Source: Octopus bimaculoides
Taxonomy: Eukaryota
Reading direction: 5' to 3'
Length of the DNA: 64,000 bases
NCBI RefSeq assembly: GCF_001194135.2
Contig: NC_068982.1
Coordinates: forward strand, 163,501,533-163,565,532
Part shown: positions 35,989 through 48,171 of the stretch, in pieces
How the letters are laid out: the number at the start of each line of letters is the position of its first letter
How positions within the stretch are numbered: the first letter of the stretch is position 1
Program-made: the position numbers and the translations under genes
The notes under the pieces: generated by a model
The model's database searches: none
Told to the model about the DNA's origin: nothing
Seen by the model: the letters and a program-made list of their open reading frames with translations, nothing else

Positions 35989-37773
35989 AGCAAAGAATTA
36001 TCTTGCAAAATGTTATCTGGGCAATGAATAGTTTGAAATGTTGAAATCTGTTTTAGTTTTAATAGTTTGATAATATCAATACATTACTGTTGAACATTAA
36101 CAGATTTTTGTTTGTTTGTTTGAATTAATGGAGAATATTATACAAAAAACTTGTGCACTTGATACTTGACTTTATGGTAGTCTGCCAGTCAAGGGATCGA
36201 TTTTATCACTTTGCAGTTAGTGATGTACATGAAAAAAACAAAATTGTATTAACTGAAGAGTGTTCTGTTTTGCTGTACTGAACCCAAATCTTACAACAAT
36301 GAGAGCCTGTATGTAGGATATGTAGTGAATTCCCAGTTTAAATAAACTACAAAAGCAATGTATTTGAGAACTCAACAACTTTGGTCACCTGGCTTGCTAG
36401 ACAAAACAACTGTGTCTCCCTCAAATCTTACACAATCATCTTAAAAAAAAAAAAATCAGAATATACTGGACAAGGTAGTCTTTTATACAAAAAAAAAAAA
36501 ATGGAGTGGTCTTCTCGCTCTGGGGCTAAACAATAGCAACAACAAGGATGATGACCTTTTAATAGAGCTATCTGCTTACAAAGTAACTGTTTATTGTGCA
36601 AGGACATGGAATAAAGAAATACATACCAATCTCTTTCATTATTATGTGCACATGCAAACATTTAGAAAAACATGCCTTATTATTTTACAATTTCAAAATA
36701 GTCCTTTAAATGCACCTAATTTCAACTTTTAAATACTTTTCTTCTCATGCAAAAGTTAAATGTATATCCAACTGTACTGATAAGATGATATGTTGCTGTG
36801 TTATCTGGTGTGAATTCAGAGTGTTCTATATTAATTCCTATTTAATTAATTTTATTTATTATGTTAAATGTATTTAAATTGCTATTTTATTTATTTAGAC
36901 TGAGAGCAATCAAAATTTCGTTTGTTTTTGCAGATCACAGACAAGAGTTTGGTCTAAGTTAAAGTATAGAATATAAAATCAACCTCAGTATAAAGCAGTA
37001 TACAAATGGAACATATTTTACTGAAATGTAATGGCATATTCAGCACTAGTTGGATCTGAAGAATGAACAACCATGTGCCAAAAGAGCTACAGCAAAACAT
37101 TAAGCTTAGTGTTCTACCATCTCTGCCATTTCCACTACAACTAAAAGTGAATGTACTTCTGCAATGGAGAGTATAAAAGTTGAAGAGTTCATATGCAGAC
37201 ATAGAAGGAATCTAAAATAACTGGAGGAGTTAGAATGGCTTTCATTGAGTGTGTTAAAAGCAAGCAGACATATATACAGAACAACAGTTGAAACACCTGC
37301 TGTATGAGGATAAAAGTGGCATAAATCCTGCTTGTATTAATAGATCAATATATTCTCAATGTCTAAAAGCTTCACCCTATAGCTTTCTTTCTTTCTTTCT
37401 CTCTCTCTCCCCTCCTTTCTTTAACACACTGGTAGTAAAATTGAACAGACTCAATGTAATAATCTGTAAGGGATGTAAACAGTGAGAAGTGGTAATGAAG
37501 ACAAATAAATAAATAGGTACCAAGTAAAGGAATAATGTCTCATAAAAAAGAGAATAATGATTCAAATGAAATAATAACCTGTCTCCTTTCAAATGCTGTC
37601 AGATTTTGATGCAAGTTTCTTGACACCAAAGAGCTGTAACTAAGGAGTTGTTAACTAGTTTTCTGCAATGACTGATATTTGTTAAGAACTACAGGGATGA
37701 AGGAATATTATCATTACCATCACCATCACCCTACCATCCAATTTTGTTAATGAAGGAAATCAAAGCACTGTAT

Positions 37774-37810
<37 letters not shown>

Positions 37811-37889
37811 TATGAATATTACAGAAAAATCATATTTACACTGATAAATTATTCTATATATATGAATGTGAATCTTTTGTAAATCATCA

Positions 37890-38057
37890 TCATCATCAAC
37901 ATCGTTTAACGTCTGCCCTCCATGCTAGCATGGGTTGGACGATTTGACTGAGGACTGGTGTACCAGATGGCTACACCAGGCTCCAATCTGATTTGGCAGA
38001 GTTTCTACAGCTGGATGCCCTTCCTAACGCCAACCACTCCGAGAGTGTAGTGGGTGC
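37890..38057 (-). mobile_element. SINE-like family A copy
   Basis: catcgtttaacgtctgccctccatgctagcatgggttggacg...cctaacgccaaccactccgagagtgtagtgggtgc. Confidence 0.9.
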
Positions 38058-38309
38058 TAGTCTAGTTTTATATTTTTCAATGTTTCTTTTTTCTCTCAAT
38101 TTTTTGAATGTGTTTCTTGCTGTTTGAAATAACACAATTCCTATTTCTCTCATCAAAGTTTCTAGACCTTCACAGTCTCATTTTCATCTTCACTGATGAG
38201 ATATAGCCAGCATGTTTTGTTGTCACTTCACAATAGGCAAAGCCAGTGTGATTGATTCAGACATAAACACTAGGATTTTAGGAGATGAGGAATTATTTAC
38301 ATTTTTTTT

Positions 38310-38446
38310 ACATTTGACAGATATTTGTCCTCATCCTGCCCGTTGCCAACACAACGCTCCAGCTGATACACCCTCCAGCCCTCATCAGGTGCCCCGGAGA
38401 AACCTCGAACCTGGGCTCCCATGCCCAAGGCACTCCTCAATGCTAC

Positions 38447-38483
<37 letters not shown>

Positions 38484-38490
38484 TAGGTCA
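38310..38490 (-). mobile_element. Retroelement fragment carrying a mutated minimal (Penelope-type) hammerhead ribozyme at 38348-38393
   Basis: Minus strand reads GGCAC-CTGATGA-G-GGCTG(gagggtgtat)CAGCT-GGA-GCGT-T-GTGTT: stem I, CUGAUGA box, stem II, and a GAA-ACGU-U-like core with two A-to-G differences. Adjacent (ATT)n tract. Confidence 0.65.
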
Positions 38491-38506
38491 CTATATATAT
38501 ATAAGC

Positions 38507-38874
38507 ACAAGTGCGACTGTGTGGTAAGAAGCTTGCTTCCCAACCACATGGTTCTGGGATCAGTCCCACTGTGTGGCACCTCGGCCAAGTGTCTTTTGCT
38601 ATAGCCCCAGGCTGACCAAAGCCTTGTGAGTGGATTTGGTAGATGGAAACTGAAAAATGCCCATCTCACACACACATATATATATATGTTTGTGTGTCTG
38701 TGTTTGTCCCGATGTTGGTGTGTTTATGTACCTGTAACTTAGTGGTTTGGCAAAAGATACTGATGAAAGAAGGACTAGGCTTACAAAGAATAAGTTCTGG
38801 GACTGATTTGTTTGACTAAAGCAGTGCTCCAGCATGGCTGCAGTCAAATGACTAAAACAAGTAAAAAAATAAAA

Positions 38875-38880
<6 letters not shown>
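38507..38880 (+). mobile_element. tRNA-headed SINE family C copy
   Basis: gactgtgtggtaagaagcttgcttcccaaccacatggttctgggatcagtccc...gtgctccagcatggctgcagtcaaatgactaaaacaagtaaaa. Confidence 0.9.
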
Positions 38881-38915
<35 letters not shown>

Positions 38916-39466
38916 ACAAGTATAAAGTACACAAATGCTGCATATCCAGACTTCATGTATTTAATAAACAAGAGTTAGAATTATTGGATAATTACATACT
39001 TTTCTAAAATTTGTTTAAAGGAGAACAGCTACATGAAATTATTATAAAAAATAAATAAACATTAGAATTTAATGAAACTAATACTGATAATCTTTGACAA
39101 AGAGAAAAAAGAGAGTTAATATAGAATATATATCATCATGTCAATAAATAGTGGGGTTGTGTTAACTGCACGAGCAGAAATAATCGGAAAATAAAGAATA
39201 AGGCAGAATGCTAAACTGGAAGCATATTTTAATAAAGATTTCTAACCGGCTTTCATTGCGAAGCAAATTTTCAAGAAGGAGAATGAAAATGTTTTTTACA
39301 AAGAAGTACAAAATGAAGAAAATAATATATATAAAAAATAATATATAAAAAAATAAATATACCAATACATTATATTGTCTTTGAGCTTTTGAAATTCATT
39401 GGTAGTTCATGTATATAATGGTTGGAAAAATAAGGATGCATGAGAACTGAGTTGTGTTAGGTTTAA

Positions 39467-39665
39467 AACAAGGGTTAAAAGTTTGTGTTAAGCAGGAAGT
39501 GTGGTGTCAAAACAGGAAGTGTGTGTAAGGGGAGACAAATGTTTTTAGTTGGAGTTATGAACTCTTTTTCAACATAACTCCAACTAAAAACATTTGTCTC
39601 CCCTTACACACACTTCCTGTTTTGACACCACACTTCCTGCTTAACACAAACTTTTAACCCTTGTT
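39467..39665. repeat. Perfect 93-bp inverted repeat with 13-nt spacer, abutting an N gap
   Basis: 39467-39559 is the exact reverse complement of 39573-39665 by eye. Spacer aactctttttcaa. Confidence 0.9.
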
Positions 39666-41084
39666 NNNNNNNNNNNNNNNNNNNNNNNNNNNNNNNNNNN
39701 NNNNNNNNNNNNNNNNNNNNNNNNNNNNNNNNNNNNNNNNNNNNNNNNNNNNNNNNNNNNNNNNNNNNNNNNNNNNNNNNNNNNNNNNNNNNNNNNNNNN
39801 NNNNNNNNNNNNNNNNNNNNNNNNNNNNNNNNNNNNNNNNNNNNNNNNNNNNNNNNNNNNNNNNNNNNNNNNNNNNNNNNNNNNNNNNNNNNNNNNNNNN
39901 NNNNNNNNNNNNNNNNNNNNNNNNNNNNNNNNNNNNNNNNNNNNNNNNNNNNNNNNNNNNNNNNNNNNNNNNNNNNNNNNNNNNNNNNNNTATATATATA
40001 TACATATATATATATATTCTATATTAATTCTTTTGTATTTTCTGTTCTGTGCTATCATGGCTTGGATGGTTTGATAGGATCCAATGTGTCTAAGGATTGC
40101 ATTGAGCTCCAATGTCTGCTTCAACACGGTTTTTATGGCTGGATGCCCTTCCTAATACCAACCACTTTACAGCATTGACTAGATGCTTTTTATGTGCCAC
40201 CTGCACTATTGAGGTCATCCTGCAGTTTGCAGGACAAGCCCTGGGGGAGGTGAAGGCTGAGCAGGTTCACGAAGGGGGATCTGCATGGTTTCTCACATCT
40301 GGTACAGGAAATTTGGAGGAAAGAGAAAATGATCAGTAGGGGCTGCAAGATGTCATAAAGAGAAGAAATATGTAATGTTTCCTGTACCAGAGTCATTCAT
40401 TGAAGAATTATTTTCTACTGAACAATTCTGCTCCTAAATATAAAGTAAACCTTAAAGAAATCTAATATGTTACTTTTTTTTTTTTGGTTTTAGTGTTTCA
40501 TACTAATAATTACAGTCAGTGTATCAATTCTCACACTGTAAGCTGGAATCATCCAGCTGTATGACTTTTATCCCTCAAGTCTTTAAAGTACAATTTGTCA
40601 ATAAGGACATTTTTGAAGAAGGAAAAAAATAGACAGACAGAAATAATTAAACAAAAATGACATTTAAATAAACATATAAGAAAAATTTTTTAAATGTCTT
40701 TCAGAAATAATTGAAAATTCAAAATTAGCAGAGAAATGGATGCAAAGAAGTAGAAGACAACAGGAAAAGGATTATTACGTGTGCACACCCCAAGGCAAAA
40801 AACAAGAAATAACATCCAGTAAATTGATAACATTGTACTTGTTCTGAATCTTTAGGTATTCATAATTGTTGGAGACAGTACTGCTGTATCTGTGGTGTCA
40901 TCAGTACAGTATTGTTAGAAATTTCCATACTTCATTAACAATAATTTATTTTGTAGGCACTAGTTGAATAGACAGACAGACATGTCTAAATATATACAAG
41001 ATAAAGACCTAGATATACAGTAGACAGACCTATAGAGATACATATGTACAAACATACATACATGTATTTATAAAAAAACAAATA

Positions 41085-41423
41085 TAGGCACAGGTATAAC
41101 TGCGTGCTAAGATGCTTGTTTCTCAACCACATGGTTCTGGGTTCAGTCCCTTGAACAAGTGTTTTCTACTATAGCTTCAGGCTAACCGAAGTCTTGTGAG
41201 TGGATTTGGTAGACAGAAACCTGTTGTATTGGCCTTCATGCCGGTGGCACATAAAAGCACCCACTACACTCTCGGAGTGGTTGGCGTTAGGAAGGGCATC
41301 CAGCTGTAGAAACTCTGCCAAATCAGATTGGAGCCTGGTGTCACCTCCTGGTCCACCAGTCCTCAGTCAAATTGTCCAACCCATGCTAGCATGGAAAGTG
41401 GATGTTAAATGACGATGATGATG

Positions 41424-41482
<59 letters not shown>

Positions 41483-41745
41483 CATACATACATGTGTGTG
41501 TATACATACAAGTGTGTGTGTGTTTATATACATATGTATGTGTATGAGTACGTGTGTGTGTGTGTGTGTGTGTGTGTGCTTGCATGTATGTCTTTGCCGT
41601 CTGTGTTTATCCTCCACCATTACTTGACAACTGGTGTGTTTACGTCCCTATAATTTAATGGAGTTGATTCATTTGACTAAATATTCTACAAAGCAGTGCT
41701 CCAGCATGGTCACAGTCTAATGACTGGAATAAGTAAAAGATAAGG
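41085..41745 (+). mobile_element. Nested SINEs: family A copy (about 41230-41420) plus microsatellite inside a family C copy
   Basis: C head (ggttctgggttcagtccc...ggatttggtagacagaaac), then the A body ending ggaaagtggatgttaaatgacgatg, then (TA)/(GT)n, then the C tail (gtgctccagcatggtcacagtctaatgactggaataagtaaaaga). Confidence 0.8.
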
Positions 41746-42192
41746 CTAAAAGATATAAGTCAACATGTACACATAGAGTTAAGCAGGTATTACATTGATA
41801 TATAATTATAGCCATGGAGACTCAAAAACGTGTACACACACAAAATCATACAATCATTACATATTGCACACAGAAACACAACTGTCTCTAGTAATCTGTA
41901 CCTAGGTTGTAAATTAAGAATGTTTCAGAACATAATTAAGAATGATAAATTAAGAATGATCTTGCAGTGTAGGCAACCAGAAAGGAAAGTAATACCATCA
42001 ATAACATCATCATGTTTTTGATAATAGTTCACAGTGGGTCAGAAGATATCAAGGCTGCTAACAGCTTGTTTAACCTGTTTGGACACTGAAGTTTAGCCTG
42101 GACAGCACCTTTCTCAATATCATTTTGCATCAACATAACACAGTCTTTTAGATATGTATACATACTTTCTATGTGTGTGTATATATATATGT

Positions 42193-42810
42193 CTATTTGT
42201 TATCTATTTCTAGATCTTTACATTTAGGTAATTTATGCATTTCTTTTAGCAAAGCTTTATTGTCTGATGGGACTGACAGCTTGATTAAGAAGCACATCTC
42301 TACCTGGTGGTCCTTGACAACAATAGCCAATTTATTAGCTTTGGGTTTCCTGTCTATGTGTACTGTCATGTTGCAGTGTCTGGTCACTTTATCATTCTCT
42401 GAGACCTTTTCTGGTGTATCTTTTAACCACCATTTTCTCTCTTGGTTGATGTTCAGCCCCATGTTATCCCTGATGGAGCAACCACAACTATCCCATATTT
42501 TTCCTATGTACATATAATCTTGAACCACTTTTCTCAAAGTGACCTTTTCTAATTTGGCAGTGTGTGATTTGAAAGAAATTTGGTTGTTATTTATAGCAGA
42601 CTGAATCACCATATTCAGGCTTTCTTTCTTGGTTCATTTTCTATTGGTACTTCATGATACTGATGTTATGTAATTTCCACTGTATGAAAGCCACGACTCT
42701 ATCATACCTGTAAATGTATTCTTTCTTAGTTAAAACTGGGTAGCCAGAGAAAATGTGGTTAATTGTTTATTCCCAACCTCCACATATTCTGCAGTTACTT
42801 AATGTATTCT
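42193..42810 (-). mobile_element. R4/Dong-like non-LTR retrotransposon remnant (CCHC zinc knuckle plus REL endonuclease)
   Basis: CRICGGWE*TINHIFSGYPVLTKKEYIYRYDRV (degenerate CCHC) upstream of KWWLKDTPEKVSENDKVT...HIDRKPKANKLAIVVKDHQVEMCFLIKLSVPSDN...LKEMHKLPKCKDLEI (ORF 42193-42612). Confidence 0.8.
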
Positions 42811-42929
42811 GCTTCATTACATGCTTTTGGTAGTTTCTGGTAGAAAGGCTTTGATCTCATGCTGCAATTATTATTATATAATACCATTATTACATAATGT
42901 TGTTATTATTGCTACTGTTGTTGTTGTTG

Positions 42930-42966
<37 letters not shown>

Positions 42967-45900
42967 GCAACACATACTCAAAATTAATAACCTGACTTCT
43001 CCCAAGATAATAGGATTGGAACAAACAAAACAACAACTACAGCCACAAATATATATGGTAATTTGCTTGAAGCAATATTAAATAAATGTAAGGAAGTATA
43101 TTATAATGCAAAAACCAAAAACAATGCTGGTAAAGTAATGAAATCTCATTCGATATTTTGGTTACAAAATACCCTAATTTTGAATATAATTTCACAGGGA
43201 AAGGAAGTGTAATAAAAAGAAACTAACAATACTGAAGGTAGCTATTATGATATACATTGGTGAGTTGTAAACACTAAATTTAAATTAACCAATGAAAGTG
43301 AAGCAACTTAAAGAGGTTGTTAAACTTTGCTTGAAATCGTTTGATGATGATCACCTCTTTAATTCTTAGGTTGCTGACATTTCACTCTGCAGCTTTGATC
43401 ATGACTGATTTTTTTTCTCTTAAGGCATTTTGTCATAGACAACATGTTCACATATAGATATTCTGTGATTGCTAATAATATAGACTTTACTGCACAAATG
43501 TGACAAAGTTTATATCACTAATACTATACATGTGTATCAATGAAGATCCATATATGAATACGATTCTAGTCAAAACTTTTCAGACAAATTAAAAAGGTTA
43601 GTTTCCATTAAGGCTGCAGACAGAAAATATTTCTATTGAGATGTTTTCTTATTGCAGTTTGTTTCCTAGAGATGTATTCACAATCAGAGATTTTTTGATC
43701 AACACATTGAATAAAATTTTCTTTATTTCATTACTAGCTTTCTTTTAGATTTCTCAGATGATCAGGTACAATTCCCTAAAAGTTTAGCAGATTGAAGTTT
43801 GTTGAATTAAGTGTAATCTATGGGTGGTGTCTATGGAAAAGGCATGAACATCACAACTGCCATTCCAACTCATCTACAAGTCTGAGGCTAAATGTCTTTC
43901 TAATAAATCATATATCATCTTTTTCAGTGTTTAATGATAATAATGATGACATGATATATGAATTCATATGTAGTCATGAAATCACAGATTTATGGACAGA
44001 CAGAAATACTATGTGTGCGTTTGTATGCGTGTATTTATGAAAGAGAGAAAGAGAGAGGGAAAAAGTAATAGAGAGAGAGGGGGAGAGAAAGGGGGTGACA
44101 AAGAGCAAGAGAGAGAGAAAATAATGGGTGGAGTTGCAAGACGATGAGTTATGTTATTAATCATCAAAGCAGAAGTGTGACCCTACCCCATTCCATAATT
44201 GCTAACAGAAAAATCTAACCATTACTCCATATATGTCTCGCAATGACGACTGTTCCTCATTAATATTCTAACAGCTGTCTTCCCAATGACTGCTAAGAGA
44301 TAATTCTCTTCAGAGTTATTTCACCGTCTTTGGTTAACAAGAAAGAAAAGACTGTCTTAAACTTTAAATTGTGAATAAGTTCAGATATCTCCTCTACTGC
44401 AGGAAAGCTGTCCCAGCCACTTCTTCCATGTTTTAACCTCTCATACCCCAGCATAAAGCTGCCTCTCTCTCTACTGTAGTTCCACTCGGGCATAAGGGAT
44501 TTTAGTTTTGCAAGCTACATGACAACTACAGTAGTACTGGTGCCACAGAAAAAAAAAAAAAAAAAGGCATCAAGTACATTCTGTACAGTGATTGATGTTA
44601 GGAAGGGCATTCAGCTGTAGACACTATGTTAAAGCAGATATTGGAACATGACACAGTCCTCCAACCTGTTGGATCCTTTCAAACCATCCAACCCATGGAA
44701 AGCAATGATGTATGTTTAATAAACATACACTTAGTGTCATTGTATAAAGAGACCATGTGGTTAAGTATCGGGATTTCTATGCAAAACAAACTAAAAAACA
44801 ACTAATTTTGACTGGTTATTGCTTTCTCATTAAGATATAGCAATAACTATGTTTGTGAGAGCAACAATGAGAGCAAGCAGCTTACAGATTACTTACAAAC
44901 AATGCAACACATAACAGGTGCCAGTTTTACTCTTTTGTATATATTTTCTGTGAGTGTACATTAGCTATTAATAACTAAAACAATGCTGAGAGTTTTTTCA
45001 GCTTCATCCTGCAGTGGGTGCTCTGTGACTTAACCATGACATGATTTCATATATCAGTCTTTTCAGAAAGAAAATAAAAATGGTTAAGTGGTGAGTGTGT
45101 AGAGAAACTAACCAAAAAGTCAATTGCTGTATTGTCACTGCATTGTATTCTGTTCTGTGACCATGACACTTTTGATGGCCAATTTTATCTTGCTGTTGTA
45201 AATAAGCACTACAGGCTTTGCAAGCCTAGTAGCAAAGTATAGCCACATTCACTTATTTTTCTTCACACACAATTCTTTGTAGGAGAGACGTACACTTTAT
45301 TGAATTGACTCTGGAATATTACTGATATTTATTTTATTGCATTTAACAAAGTGGATGAAAATTTGGGTACTTTTAACTGTTAAACCTCCCAAACTATGAT
45401 CACAAAGATTTTCATCCATGAACTAATGAAAAAAGAGCTCTATATGCTAGAAATAGCACTAGCTGTACTTTGCCTTAAAAAAAGATAGCTAGTCATATCT
45501 GGAAGGACTATAGTTTTTCTCTTTTTTGTTAATCAGGTTAACCTGGGACTAAACAAAATTTTTCCACATCAGTCTATATTTAGATGGTAAGTTTTCCAGC
45601 CATTCAATGGATCCAATAAAAGAAAAGATAAAATCTCCTTTAGAATGACATTTTTTTATTATCCATATCTTTCACATAACTGATAACTGATAATTGATAT
45701 ATATGTATATATATTTACTTATCTTATTTAACTCTTTTAAAGATATGTACTACAAAGTTAGAATGTTAATACATACTTTGTACAGAATAGTGTAAAAAAT
45801 GTTAAAACAGTTGAAAAAGCAAATATTATGTGACAGTAACATACAGGTACTTAAGAGATACTAGCAAACAAAGTAAACCTATGACCAAAGGTGTTGCAAC

Positions 45901-46333
45901 CATGATCATTCTATCTTCTACAAACATGATGCCTTTAAGATTAAATTATATAATGTATCCTTCTTATTTTTAAGTTGGTGGGATGTGGTGGAATTTCAGA
46001 GATTTGGGTACTGTTCCTAGCATGTTCAATATACAAGTTGGTGAATTAATTTTGGGACAAGATAGCTTGGAGTATGCTGTGGAAATATTAGCGAGAATAT
46101 ACACCCACCTATGTACATATTTCTAATATTTCTCATATTTTCAAAGACCTTAGAGCAGCATACAAAACAGTTGGAACTACTTTCTACAGCATTTCATTTG
46201 GAGATATTTTGAAGCTAATTTTACTTGACAAGTTTGCGAAAGCTATCTTTTAGGCTTGTCAAACAAAATCAAAGAGTGGCATGGAGAAAACAACAAAACA
46301 CAGGCAACAACTTTCTCTCTTATTTCCCTGACA

Positions 46334-46377
<44 letters not shown>

Positions 46378-46403
46378 TGGTATGTGTGTATGTAAGTATG
46401 CAT

Positions 46404-46485
<82 letters not shown>

Positions 46486-46549
46486 TATCTACTATTTTAT
46501 TCCTTATAAACAGTGAATTTCCCTGTCTAAATCTTTCATACATACTCAC

Positions 46550-46609
46550 CTTGTCTCTGGTGACAGAATAACGAGTGTACGGACATGCTAGCCTATCACT
46601 TGGAATATC
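46550..46609 (-). CDS. Candidate internal exon of an unidentified gene (DIPSDRLACPYTRYSVTRDK)
   Basis: Acceptor cttacagctatttctag|GAT, donor AAG|gtgagt. 60 nt, phase 0-0, only one frame open, 45% GC with two CpGs against an AT-rich background, no resemblance to repeats in the window. Confidence 0.45.
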
Positions 46610-46900
46610 CTAGAAATAGCTGTAAGACTTTAAATTCACCTTACCCTAATTAAATATAGTAAATGACTTATGATACCTGTCTTGCCTTGGTTTTTGTTTT
46701 CCTTTTTCCACTAATATAATATATACCTGCTAACACGGAAGCCTAATACAGATCCCTAGCTCCAGCCTCAGCTGTGAACTTGGAATCTAACAGATCACCA
46801 ATTATAGCACTTACTCAGTGTACCTATTCATTTAGATCATCAGTGAACTAAAGCCCTCATACTGTTTATACATATATGTATATATATACATATACATATG

Positions 46901-46936
<36 letters not shown>

Positions 46937-46953
46937 TATATATACATATATAT

Positions 46954-46984
<31 letters not shown>

Positions 46985-47084
46985 CATATATATATAAGGA
47001 GACCGTTACGAATTTTTTTGCACACTAGCTTCCTGATNNNNNNNNNNNNNNNNNNNNNNNNNNNNNNNNNNNNNNNNNNNNNNN

Positions 47085-47142
<58 letters not shown>

Positions 47143-47299
47143 TATATATACATATATATATATACATACACACACACACACACACATATATGTAATATAC
47201 ACACACACACACACATATACTTTTGGATCGTCAGGCAACATGCTGTACTTGAGGAGACCTATTAAGCCAAGTAAATCAAAATCAAATCAAACCAGAATC

Positions 47300-47525
47300 A
47301 AATGGAAATTGTAGTTGTGGTTGATGCCAGTGCCGCCTGACTGGCTCCCATGGCACTACACTCTTGGAGTGGTTGGCGTTAGGAAGGGCATCCAGCTGTA
47401 GAAACATTGCCAGATCAGATTGGAGCCTGGTGCGGCCTCCTGGATTGCCAGTCCCAAGTCAAACCGTCCAACCCATGCCAGCATGGAAAGCGGATGTTAG
47501 ATGATGATGATGATGATGATGATGA
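47300..47525 (+). mobile_element. SINE-like family A copy (a second 3' fragment follows at about 47600-47700)
   Basis: ggagtggttggcgttaggaagggcatccagctgtagaaac...cccatgccagcatggaaagcggatgttagatgatgatg. Confidence 0.9.
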
Positions 47526-47695
47526 TATATATATATATATGTATAAATATATACTGTGAAAATAATAAGTGTAGAAAATTTTTTAAAATTTTCAGCCTAG
47601 TGCAGCTGCTGGCTCTCCAGATCTCAGTCAAACCGTCCAGCCCATGTCAGCATGGAAAACAGACGTTAAGCGATGATGATGATGATGATGATGAT

Positions 47696-47733
<38 letters not shown>

Positions 47734-48171
47734 AACAGACATACCTAACATTGATTGGAATTTAAATGGAATAGTTTGTATATATGGTACAGTTAAGTTG
47801 AAACATGTGATACAGAGAAGTGCAGCAGTAACGACAAAACATTTGTGGAATAAATGAAGAGTTAATTCACTAAGTGACATGTATTGCATCTGTTTCAAAG
47901 ATTCCAGGTCCTAACCTTATCATGGAGAAGAGGGTGGGGGTATGTGATTTTTGAATGCACCAAAAAGGTCTCAGTGGACATACTCTCCTTTGTGGCTGTT
48001 GGTGCTGCTGCTACCATGCTGAACAATCAGCAGACATAGGAACTACATCTATGTGAGAAATTAAGCCTGTGGGTGCACTCAACAGCACCACATGAGAGAA
48101 ATCTACATGAAAGAAATGATGTGTAAGGTGGAGATATTAGCCGAAAGTGCTTGAAAACAACACTGTCATGC

